Source of the DNA: an uncultured Eubacteriales bacterium
Lineage (GTDB): Bacteria; Bacillota; Clostridia; Oscillospirales; CAG-272
DNA length: 64,000 bases
Assembly (NCBI GenBank): GCA_963614875.1
Contig: CAVEFC010000002.1
Location: 4,042 to 68,041 of the forward strand
Reading direction: 5' to 3'
Below the pieces are notes generated by a model. It ran no database searches. It saw only the letters and a program-made list of their open reading frames with translations, and was not told where the DNA came from. A program made the translations under genes and the position numbers. Shown one piece after another: positions 11,388 through 19,463 of this stretch; within the stretch, counting starts at the first letter, position 1, and every line of letters begins with the position of its first letter.

Positions 11388-14300
11388 ATGGCAAGAAAAA
11401 TGATTTCCATGGACGGTAACACCGCTGCCGCACACGTTTCGTATGCGTTTACGGAAGTTGCCGCAATCTATCCCATTACGCCCTCAAGCCCTATGGCTGA
11501 AAACACGGACACATGGTCTGCGGGCGGACTCAAAAACATTTTCGGAGACAAGGTAAAGGTTGTTGAAATGCAGTCCGAGGCGGGCGCTGCCGGTGCAGTA
11601 CACGGCTCGCTTGCGGCAGGCGCTCTTACAACGACCTACACGGCTTCACAGGGACTTCTCCTTATGATCCCCAACATGTACAAAATCGCCGGAGAGCTTC
11701 TCCCCTGCGTTATCCACGTTTCCGCGCGTTGCGTCGCTTCTCACGCACTCAACATTTTCGGAGATCACTCCGACGTGTATGCCTGCCGTCAGACAGGCTT
11801 TGCAATGCTTGCCGAATCCAACCCTCAGGAAATAATGGATCTCGGCGCGGTTGCTCACCTTTCCACAATCAAGGGCAGAGTACCGTTCATCAACTTCTTC
11901 GACGGTTTCAGAACCTCTCACGAAATTCAGAAGATCGAAGCATGGGATTATGACGATCTCAAATCGATGATAGACAAGGACGCGCTTGCGGCATTCCGCG
12001 CACGCGCTCTCAACCCCGAGCATCCCGTTCTCCGCGGCTCTGCCGAAAACGGCGATATATTCTTCCAGCACAGAGAAGCCTGCAACGAATATTACAACGC
12101 TCTTCCCGCTATTGTTGAAGAATATATGGGCAAGGTAAACGAAAAGCTCGGAACAAATTATCAGCTCTTCAACTATTACGGCGCTCCGGACGCGGACAGA
12201 GTTATCATAGCTATGGGCTCGGTGTGCGACGTTGCTGAGGAAGTTATAGACTATATGAACGCTCACGGCGAAAAGGTAGGTCTTGTAAAGGTTCGTCTTT
12301 ACCGTCCTTTCCGTGCGGACAAGCTCATTGCGGCTATCCCCGAAACGTGCAAAAAGATCGCCGTTCTCGACAGAACAAAGGAGCCCGGCTCTCTCGGCGA
12401 GCCACTTTATCTTGACGTTGTTACCTCTCTTGCTCAGGCAGGAAAGAGCGTAAAGGTTGTAGGCGGACGTTACGGACTCGGTTCGAAGGATACGCCTCCC
12501 GCATCTATCTTCGCGGTTTACGAAAATCTTGCAAAGGACGCTCCCAAAAACGGATTTACAATCGGTATCACCGATGACGTTACGGGACTTTCCCTTGAAG
12601 AAAAGCCCACTCCCGACACGGCTCCCGCAGGCACGATCGCGTGCAAATTCTGGGGACTCGGCGGCGACGGCACGGTCGGCGCAAACAAGAACTCGATAAA
12701 AATCATCGGCGACCACACCGACAAATATATTCAGGCATACTTCCAGTACGACTCAAAGAAGACCGGCGGTTTTACGGTTTCTCACCTCCGCTTTGGCGAT
12801 ACTCCCATAAAGAGTCCGTACTATATAACAAAGGCTGACTTTGTTGCCTGCCACAATCACGCTTATCTTGAGCAGTACGATATGGTTTCCGACGTAAAGC
12901 CGGGCGGAGTATTCCTTCTTGACTGCCCGTGGACAGAAGCCGAGCTTGACGAAAAGCTTCCGGGCTCCGTCAAATCCTATATCGCAAACAACAACGTAAA
13001 CTTCTACGTTATCGACGCTACCGGCACGGCTATGAAGCTCGGCAACGTCAAGGTCAAAAACACCGTTCTTCAGTCCGCATTTTTCTCTCTTGCAAAGGTT
13101 CTTCCCGCAGAGGAAGCTATCGAATATATGAAGAAGATGGCATACAAGTCCTATTCAAAGAAGGGCGAAGCCATTGTAAACCTCAACTATGCGGCTATCG
13201 ACGCAGGCGCAGGCGCGGCTGTAAAGGTAAACGTTCCGGTTGACTGGAAAACAGCAGAAAAAGAAGCCGCAAAAGCTCCCGCCGAAGGAAAGAGAGCCGA
13301 TCTTGTCAAATTCGTAAACGATATCGCGCGTCCCGTAAACGCAATGAAGGGCGATTCTCTCCCCGTTTCCGCGTTCAAGGATCGCGCCGACGGAACATAT
13401 CCTCAGGGCGCGTCCGCTTACGACAAGCGCGGCGTTGCGGTCAAGGTTCCCGTATGGCACGCCGAAAACTGTATTCAGTGTAACCAGTGCTCTTATGTAT
13501 GTCCTCACGCCGCTATCCGTCCCTTCGCCATGAGCGCCGACGAAGCCGCAAAGGCTCCCGCCTGCACGAAGTTCACGGCAAAGATGATGGGCAAGGGCTG
13601 TGAAGATTACAAATTCACAATCGCCGTTTCTCCTCTTGACTGTATGGGCTGCTCGCTCTGCGTGAACGTATGTCCCACAAAGCCCGAGAAGAGAGCGCTC
13701 GAAATGGTTCTCACCGAAACGCAGCTCGATCAGCAGCCCGCTTTCGATTACGCCGTAAACAACGTAACAAAGAAAGCCACTCCTTTTGCCGATACAACGG
13801 TCAAGGGAAGTCAGTTCAATCAGCCGTTGCTTCAGTTCTCCGGTTCATGCGCAGGCTGTGCCGAAACAACCTATGCACGTCTTATCACACAGCTCTTCGG
13901 CGAGAAGATGTATATCTCCAACGCTACGGGTTGTTCTTCCATCTGGGGCGGATCAGCTCCCTCGACGCCTTACACGGTAAACAACGAGAGCGGTCACGGT
14001 CCGGCATGGGCAAACTCCCTCTTTGAAGATAACGCCGAGCACGGTCTAGGTATGCTCACAGCCGTAAAGCATCGTCGCGCACACCTTGCGGACGTTGTAA
14101 AGGCGCTCATCGCCGTTGAATACTGCGACGCCGATATCAAGGCGGCAGGCGCAGAATGGCTTGAAAAGATGGATACCGACGAATCAGCCGAAGCAGGCAA
14201 GAAGCTTGTCAACGCCTGCAAGGAAGCTGTCGATCCCGATCTTACGGGAACACAGTGGGAGGAAGCATGGCTTGCAAACGGAAAGAAATGTCCGTGCGAA

Positions 14301-15017
14301 GCCTGCACTCTCGCAAGAGAGGTTATCGAAAGCGCCGATATGCTCGCAAAGAAGTCCGTATGGATCTTCGGCGGCGACGGCTGGGCTTACGATATAGGCT
14401 TCGGCGGTCTTGACCACGTTCTTGCTTCCGGCGAAAACGTAAACGTTATGGTATTCGATACCGAGGTTTACTCCAACACCGGCGGTCAGGCATCTAAGGC
14501 AAGCCAGATGGGACAGGTTGCACAGTTCGCGGCAGCGGGCAAAGCCATAAAGAAGAAAAATCTTGCGGAAATAGCTATGAGCTACGGTTATGTTTACGTT
14601 GCACAGGTTGCTATGGGCGCGGATATGAATCAGACTGTAAAGGCTATTTCGGAAGCGGAAGCTTACAACGGCCCTTCGCTTATCATCGGATATGCTCCCT
14701 GCGAAATGCACGGCCTCAAGGGCGGTATGAGCAACTGTCAGTCCGAAATGAAGAAGGCTGTTGACGCAGGCTACTGGCAGATGTTCCGCTTCAATCCCGC
14801 AAACGTTGCCGAGGGCAAGAATCCTCTTACGATAGACTCAAAAGAGCCCACAACCGACTACATTGAGTTCATCAAGAGCGAAACACGTTACAGCAGACTT
14901 GTTCAGGCATTCCCCGAAAGAGCGGAGAAGCTCTTTGCGGAAGCAAGCGAGCTTGCAAAAGAGAAATATCGTCATCTTGTCGATCTCAAAAATATGTACG
15001 AAACGGAAGTAAAATAA
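11388..15017 (+). CDS. nifJ: Pyruvate:ferredoxin (flavodoxin) oxidoreductase
   Basis: About 1209 aa in a single chain. Starts MARKMISMDGNTAAAHVSYAF, has two ferredoxin-type motifs (CIQCNQCSYVCPH and CMGCSLCVNVCP), and the TPP-binding GGDGWAYDIG. ATG at 11388 follows GGAGG. Confidence 0.95.
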   Translation: MARKMISMDGNTAAAHVSYAFTEVAAIYPITPSSPMAENTDTWSAGGLKNIFGDKVKVVEMQSEAGAAGAVHGSLAAGALTTTYTASQGLLLMIPNMYKIAGELLPCVIHVSARCVASHALNIFGDHSDVYACRQTGFAMLAESNPQEIMDLGAVAHLSTIKGRVPFINFFDGFRTSHEIQKIEAWDYDDLKSMIDKDALAAFRARALNPEHPVLRGSAENGDIFFQHREACNEYYNALPAIVEEYMGKVNEKLGTNYQLFNYYGAPDADRVIIAMGSVCDVAEEVIDYMNAHGEKVGLVKVRLYRPFRADKLIAAIPETCKKIAVLDRTKEPGSLGEPLYLDVVTSLAQAGKSVKVVGGRYGLGSKDTPPASIFAVYENLAKDAPKNGFTIGITDDVTGLSLEEKPTPDTAPAGTIACKFWGLGGDGTVGANKNSIKIIGDHTDKYIQAYFQYDSKKTGGFTVSHLRFGDTPIKSPYYITKADFVACHNHAYLEQYDMVSDVKPGGVFLLDCPWTEAELDEKLPGSVKSYIANNNVNFYVIDATGTAMKLGNVKVKNTVLQSAFFSLAKVLPAEEAIEYMKKMAYKSYSKKGEAIVNLNYAAIDAGAGAAVKVNVPVDWKTAEKEAAKAPAEGKRADLVKFVNDIARPVNAMKGDSLPVSAFKDRADGTYPQGASAYDKRGVAVKVPVWHAENCIQCNQCSYVCPHAAIRPFAMSADEAAKAPACTKFTAKMMGKGCEDYKFTIAVSPLDCMGCSLCVNVCPTKPEKRALEMVLTETQLDQQPAFDYAVNNVTKKATPFADTTVKGSQFNQPLLQFSGSCAGCAETTYARLITQLFGEKMYISNATGCSSIWGGSAPSTPYTVNNESGHGPAWANSLFEDNAEHGLGMLTAVKHRRAHLADVVKALIAVEYCDADIKAAGAEWLEKMDTDESAEAGKKLVNACKEAVDPDLTGTQWEEAWLANGKKCPCEACTLAREVIESADMLAKKSVWIFGGDGWAYDIGFGGLDHVLASGENVNVMVFDTEVYSNTGGQASKASQMGQVAQFAAAGKAIKKKNLAEIAMSYGYVYVAQVAMGADMNQTVKAISEAEAYNGPSLIIGYAPCEMHGLKGGMSNCQSEMKKAVDAGYWQMFRFNPANVAEGKNPLTIDSKEPTTDYIEFIKSETRYSRLVQAFPERAEKLFAEASELAKEKYRHLVDLKNMYETEVK

Positions 15018-15034
15018 CAATCCGTTGAAAAAAT

Positions 15035-15067
15035 GCTCCGGCAATATTCCTTGCCGGAGCATTTTTA
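15035..15067 (+). terminator. Rho-independent terminator after nifJ
   Basis: GCTCCGGCAA-TATTCC-TTGCCGGAGC followed by ATTTTTA. Confidence 0.85.
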
Positions 15068-15092
15068 TATGCAAAAAATAGCCCGTTTGATG

Positions 15093-15121
15093 TTGACAAA
15101 GCAATTTCGCCGTGATATGAT
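15093..15121 (+). promoter_or_regulatory. Sigma-A type promoter for the ABC / DUF1854 / darA operon
   Basis: TTGACA (15093-15098), 17-nt spacer, TATGAT (15116-15121). Confidence 0.6.
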
Positions 15122-15167
15122 ACAGTAAATTTATTAAAAACGGAAGCGAAAAAGAAAGGGACCCCGT

Positions 15168-17438
15168 ATGGATTTTATCTTACCGTTGGAAAATAAAAAA
15201 CCGAGCGACGAAAAGCTTTTGACCTCGCTTACCGAAAAGCTTGCCGAAGGAGAGCGCGAGCTTTTCAGAATTGTGACCGACCTTTCTCCCGACGGAAATT
15301 ACAGAGATTCCGTCGTGGAATTCACCGATAAAAATATTATTTCTGTCTGGCAGGACGGGGAGGGCGGTATCGAATCGCTGTCGGTTTCGTATGACGAAAT
15401 CGACGGACTTTCGATAAAGCGTATGTACGGAAACGCTTTTCTGCTCGCGATAATGAAAAACGGCAAAAAGGCGGAGCTTGCAAGAGCCACATATGCGGTA
15501 ACGGCGCTTTTCAACGCGGCGGCGCTTTTCGCCGATAAAATCGTAGCCGGAATACCGACAGACGAAGCCGTTGAAGGCGTTAAAACGGCTTATCGGAGCT
15601 TCTGCACCGTTTGTCCCAAATGCGGAAGAAATCTTGTCCGTCCGGGAGCGGACTGTCTTAACTGTGCGTCAAAGGGAAGAATAGTTTCCAAGCTTGCAAA
15701 ATATGTAAAGCCCGAAATGAAGACGATAATCGTTTCGGTGATAATGTCGGTCGTCATAACGGCGCTGAGCCTTGTTCCGCCTTATGTTACCAAAATGCTG
15801 GTTGACGACATCATTCCGGATAAAAACAAAAAAATGTTGTATATTATAGTTGCGTTCCTGTTCGGAACGTACCTTATGCAGTATCTGATAGGCGCGATAA
15901 GAGGCGCGCTTTTGCGTCGGGCGGGCGACAGCATCGTTGCCGCTCTGCGAAACGACGTTTTTGAAAAGGCACAGCATCTGCCGATGAAGTTTTACGACAA
16001 AACCTCAACAGGCTCCGTAATAAACCGTATAAGCAACGACACAAGCAACCTTCAGGCGTTTATACTCCGTATCACGCAGGAGGTTATCACTCAGCTGTTT
16101 CTGCTTGTCGGCATTGTTATAATAATGATAACAATGAACTGGAAGCTTTCGCTTCTTTCACTCATTCCCGTGCCGTTTGTGGTTTATGCTTCAAATAAGT
16201 TCGGACAAAAGATACGTCCGTTTTATCGGCGCATATGGCGCAAATGGACGGCTGTTTCATCCGTCCTTACGGATTCGATACCGTGCATAAGAGTTGTAAA
16301 ATCGTTTTCGGGAGAAAAACGCGCGTCCCAAAGGCTTGAAAAACAGAACCGCGAATGGCTTAAGGTCAGCGTCAAAGCCGGAAAAATGTCAAGCATTTTC
16401 ACGTCGGCTGTGTCGTTTGTGGTTGTCTGCGGCTCGCTTATAATATGGGACGTCGGCGGATTTGAGGTTATCGAGGGCAACAGCGGAATATCGCTCGGTC
16501 TGCTTGTATCGTTTATCTCGTACACTTCGATGTTCTACGGTCCGGTAAACTTCTTTGCGGGACTCAACGATTCGTATCAGAGCGCGCTTACATCGGCTGA
16601 ACGTGTTATGGATATTCTTGACGCGGAGCCCGAGCGCGACGACGGCAAGGGAAATATGCCCGAGTATATAAACGGCAGAGTGGAATTCCGCCATGTAAGC
16701 TTTTCATTTGATAAAACGAAAAACGTGCTTTCCGATATAAACCTTACGATAGAGCCTGGAGAGGCGGTCGGCATTGTCGGCACGACGGGCGCTGGCAAAA
16801 CGACGCTTGTAAACCTTTTCCTGCGGTTTTATGACAATTACGACGGGCAGATACTGCTCGACGGAAGAGATATAAAATCAATTGATATGAGCTGGTTCCG
16901 TTCGAAGATAGGATACGTTCAGCAGGAAGCGATGATGTTTTCCGATACGATATTCAACAACATAGCCTACGGCAAGCCAAATGCCGGAATAGAAGAGGTT
17001 ATCAAGGCTGCGGATATAGCTAATGCGCACGAATTCATACTTCGCCATCCTGACGCATACGATACGGTGCTCGGCGAGCGCGGCGTCGGACTTTCCGGCG
17101 GCGAAAGACAGAGAATATCAATTGCAAGAGCGATACTCAACAATCCCAGCGTGCTTATTTTCGACGAAGCGACGAGCGCCGTGGATTCGGAAACCGAAAA
17201 GCTTATTCAGGACGCGATAAACAACCTTGTAAAAGGCAGAACGACGCTGATGATAGCTCACAGGCTTTCCACGCTTAAACAGGCGGACAAGATAGTTGTT
17301 ATAGACAAAGGTCGCATACTTGAATTCGGCACGCCCGACGAGCTTATGGCAAAGAAGGGCAAGTATTATAAGCTTGTGAAGATACAGTCGATGGCGGAGA
17401 GCGTAAAGCTTGACAAGGAAAGAGAACATTTTGAGTAA
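15168..17438 (+). CDS. ABC half-transporter (exporter-type TMD-NBD fusion) with an N-terminal cytoplasmic extension of about 180 aa containing a Cys zinc ribbon
   Basis: Six-TM ABC_membrane domain followed by Walker A GTTGAGKTT, signature LSGGERQR and Walker B LIFDEATSAVD. The N-terminal extension contains CTVCPKCGRNLVRPGADCLNC. Confidence 0.9.
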   Translation: MDFILPLENKKPSDEKLLTSLTEKLAEGERELFRIVTDLSPDGNYRDSVVEFTDKNIISVWQDGEGGIESLSVSYDEIDGLSIKRMYGNAFLLAIMKNGKKAELARATYAVTALFNAAALFADKIVAGIPTDEAVEGVKTAYRSFCTVCPKCGRNLVRPGADCLNCASKGRIVSKLAKYVKPEMKTIIVSVIMSVVITALSLVPPYVTKMLVDDIIPDKNKKMLYIIVAFLFGTYLMQYLIGAIRGALLRRAGDSIVAALRNDVFEKAQHLPMKFYDKTSTGSVINRISNDTSNLQAFILRITQEVITQLFLLVGIVIIMITMNWKLSLLSLIPVPFVVYASNKFGQKIRPFYRRIWRKWTAVSSVLTDSIPCIRVVKSFSGEKRASQRLEKQNREWLKVSVKAGKMSSIFTSAVSFVVVCGSLIIWDVGGFEVIEGNSGISLGLLVSFISYTSMFYGPVNFFAGLNDSYQSALTSAERVMDILDAEPERDDGKGNMPEYINGRVEFRHVSFSFDKTKNVLSDINLTIEPGEAVGIVGTTGAGKTTLVNLFLRFYDNYDGQILLDGRDIKSIDMSWFRSKIGYVQQEAMMFSDTIFNNIAYGKPNAGIEEVIKAADIANAHEFILRHPDAYDTVLGERGVGLSGGERQRISIARAILNNPSVLIFDEATSAVDSETEKLIQDAINNLVKGRTTLMIAHRLSTLKQADKIVVIDKGRILEFGTPDELMAKKGKYYKLVKIQSMAESVKLDKEREHFE

Positions 17439-17456
17439 CGGAGGGAGAAACAAAGA

Positions 17457-17945
17457 ATGACAGGATTTTTTATAAACGGCGACGAAGCCCGCATAACAAG
17501 AACCGCAAACACAGCCGTCCGGCTTGAAATGTACGACGGAAGATGCTTTGAAAATCTTGAACCGATAAGACTTTTTCCCGTGTCCGGTATTACAAAATAC
17601 ATATCGCTTACGGACGAAAACGGAAAAGAGGTTGCGATAATCCGCGATCTTGACCGTCTTATGCCCGATTCCGCGGAGGCGGTGAAAAAATGCCTTGAAT
17701 CGTATTATATCGTTCCGAAAATAAAAAAGATACTTTCCAGAGTGGAAAAGTACGGCAACATAACGTGGACGGTGGACACCGACAGAGGCAAGCACAGCTT
17801 TTCGATACTCAACACAAGCATAGACATAAAAACGCTGTATGACGGGAGAATACTCGTCCGCGACTCAAACGACAACCGTTATGAGATAGAGGACGTGCAT
17901 AAGCTCGACAAGGACAGCCTGAATCTTTTGAAATTCGATATGTAG
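17457..17945 (+). CDS. DUF1854-family protein (soluble partner encoded beside ABC exporters)
   Basis: 162 aa. ...FENLEPIRLFPVSGITKYISLTDENGKEVAIIRDLDRL...YYIVPKIKKI...ITWTVDTDRGKHSF...ILVRDSNDNRYEIEDVHKLDKDS fits the DUF1854 pattern from memory. Starts 18 nt after the ABC stop codon with a GGAGGGAG RBS. Confidence 0.65.
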   Translation: MTGFFINGDEARITRTANTAVRLEMYDGRCFENLEPIRLFPVSGITKYISLTDENGKEVAIIRDLDRLMPDSAEAVKKCLESYYIVPKIKKILSRVEKYGNITWTVDTDRGKHSFSILNTSIDIKTLYDGRILVRDSNDNRYEIEDVHKLDKDSLNLLKFDM

Positions 17946-17955
17946 GAGGAAAACA

Positions 17956-18282
17956 ATGAAACTTGTAATTGCGGTGATCAACAACGACGACAGCAGAACG
18001 GCTATAACGGCGCTGACGGGAAGAGATTTTTTCGTTACTCAGCTTTCGACAACGGGTGGCTTTCTTATGGTTGGAAACACAACTCTTCTTATAGGCACGG
18101 AAAAGGAACGTCTGCCCGAGCTTAAAGAAATACTGAAAAAATACTGCGTGACACGCGAAAAGATAAATCCTTCGATCGAAGCGCTCGGACGCGGGATGCT
18201 CAATCACTCCGTTGAAGAAAAGGTGACGATAGGCGGCGCTGTAATGTTCACGCTTTCGGTGGACGAATTTGAAAAAATTTAA
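17956..18282 (+). CDS. darA: Cyclic-di-AMP receptor, PII-like (DarA/PstA/YaaQ family)
   Basis: MKLVIAVINNDDSRTAITALTGRDFFVTQLSTTGGFLMVGNTTLLIGTE...GGAVMFTLSVDEFEKI aligns closely with B. subtilis YaaQ/DarA (MKLIVAVVQDQDS...[21 protein letters not shown]...). Starts 10 nt after the DUF1854 stop codon. Confidence 0.85.
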   Translation: MKLVIAVINNDDSRTAITALTGRDFFVTQLSTTGGFLMVGNTTLLIGTEKERLPELKEILKKYCVTREKINPSIEALGRGMLNHSVEEKVTIGGAVMFTLSVDEFEKI

Positions 18283-18304
18283 GCGTCTGAAAAAATAAAA
18301 ACAA

Positions 18305-18341
18305 AAACGGCAAAAGCGTTTCCGCGCCTTTGCCGTTTTTA
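18305..18341. terminator. Bidirectional terminator between the convergent darA and XRE genes
   Basis: AACGGCAAAAGCG-loop-CGCCTTTGCCGTT, flanked by an A-run and a T-run. Confidence 0.75.
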
Positions 18342-18353
18342 TTTGAAAAATAA

Positions 18354-18608
18354 TTATTGCTCCGTTTTGTTTTCGTTCATACGGCGCTCGACTTCTTCCG
18401 TCAGGGTGCTCATTTTTACGTCAAGTGCGGAGCAGATGAACCTTAAAGTCGCCTTTGAAGGCGTCCTTAATCCGCGTTCGATCTGGACTATCTGCTGTCT
18501 GCCCACGGCGGCAAAGCCGCTCAGAACTTCCATTGACATATTCTTCTTTTTACGATATTCGCAAATCACTTCGCCTAAAATTTTAGGATCGAGAGTCTGC
18601 TCTGACAT
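18354..18608 (-). CDS. XRE-family helix-turn-helix transcriptional regulator (84 aa)
   Basis: Cro/C1-type HTH pattern: ILGEVICEYRKKKNMSMEVLSGFAAVGRQQIVQIERGLRTPSKATLRFICSAL. RBS is AAGGAGG. Confidence 0.85.
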   Translation of the reverse strand: MSEQTLDPKILGEVICEYRKKKNMSMEVLSGFAAVGRQQIVQIERGLRTPSKATLRFICSALDVKMSTLTEEVERRMNENKTEQ

Positions 18609-18678
18609 GGGGTGTACCTCCTTGTTTTTATATATCTTTTTTTATTTTTTCCTCGGCAGAGCCGATATGCAAAACAAT

Positions 18679-18694
18679 CCCCGCTTGCGCGGGG
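18679..18694 (-). promoter_or_regulatory. GC hairpin between the micropeptide ORF and the XRE gene (possible attenuator or partial terminator)
   Basis: On the minus strand: CCCCGC-GCAA-GCGGGG followed by ATTGTTTTG. Confidence 0.45.
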
Positions 18695-18710
18695 ACCGTA
18701 AATTATCCCG

Positions 18711-18806
18711 TCATCTGTTGCAGCAGCAGAGAACCACGCAAGCTATGACAATAACCCACAGACAGGTGTTGTTGCCATCAAAAAGATTGCAAAGACAGTT
18801 GTTCAT
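18711..18806 (-). CDS. Unannotated cysteine-rich hydrophobic micropeptide (31 aa): MNNCLCNLFDGNNTCLWVIVIACVVLCCCNR
   Basis: ATG is the complement of 18804-18806, 7 nt after GGGAGGA. The stop codon is the complement of 18711-18713. 7 of 31 residues are Cys and one TM-like segment is present. Too short to appear in the ORF track. Confidence 0.5.
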   Translation of the reverse strand: MNNCLCNLFDGNNTCLWVIVIACVVLCCCNR

Positions 18807-18926
18807 AAAATATCCTCCCTTCGCCGCTTTGCGGCAAATATGAATAATGATCCTGTGCGACAGGTTGCTTTAAGTATTTCCCCCGTCTGATATTATTCTA
18901 TGAGGATACTGTCGAAACGTGCCGGA

Positions 18927-19463
18927 TTATTTATTTTTCTTTTTCTCCGTTTCTATGGCGTAGCCGACAGTGAACGCTCCGAGCATTACGACGGTGTCAA
19001 CGACAACCTCCACAACGTTTACAGCCACTACCTGATAAACAACGCTGCCGACTATGTTGAATACGCCGAAGCCCAGCGCAAATACGTCGGCAAGCTCTCC
19101 CGCGGAATCTCCTCCGCCGCAAACGGTGACAAGCTTAAGCACAAAATATGTGACAAGCGATATTATCGGCACCGCGTGCGCTGCGAGCGTTGCGCTGAGC
19201 ATTCCCACGCGATGCCTTGCGGCAAATGCTCCGCAGGCTCCCCACGCGTACAGCGCGCCGGCGACTATAAGCGCGCTGATCACGGAAAGCTCGCTTACGT
19301 TCTGTTGACCGAGCGGAGTCCATATCGGAACAGAACCGAGATAAATGAATTTGTCCGGCAGCATAAGCAATGCAATGTAGATTGCTATCGATATCAGCGG
19401 CACAAGCGCCGTAAGATAGGCGACGTTGAATTTCTTTTCTTTTTTCATTTTGTTTCCTTTCAT
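18927..19463 (-). CDS. Hypothetical integral membrane protein (about 4-5 TM, 178 aa)
   Basis: Hydrophobic segments run throughout the protein. Its start overlaps the addA stop codon by 4 nt. An alternative start (MKKEKK) lies at 19448. Confidence 0.6.
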   Translation of the reverse strand: MKGNKMKKEKKFNVAYLTALVPLISIAIYIALLMLPDKFIYLGSVPIWTPLGQQNVSELSVISALIVAGALYAWGACGAFAARHRVGMLSATLAAHAVPIISLVTYFVLKLVTVCGGGDSAGELADVFALGFGVFNIVGSVVYQVVAVNVVEVVVDTVVMLGAFTVGYAIETEKKKNK

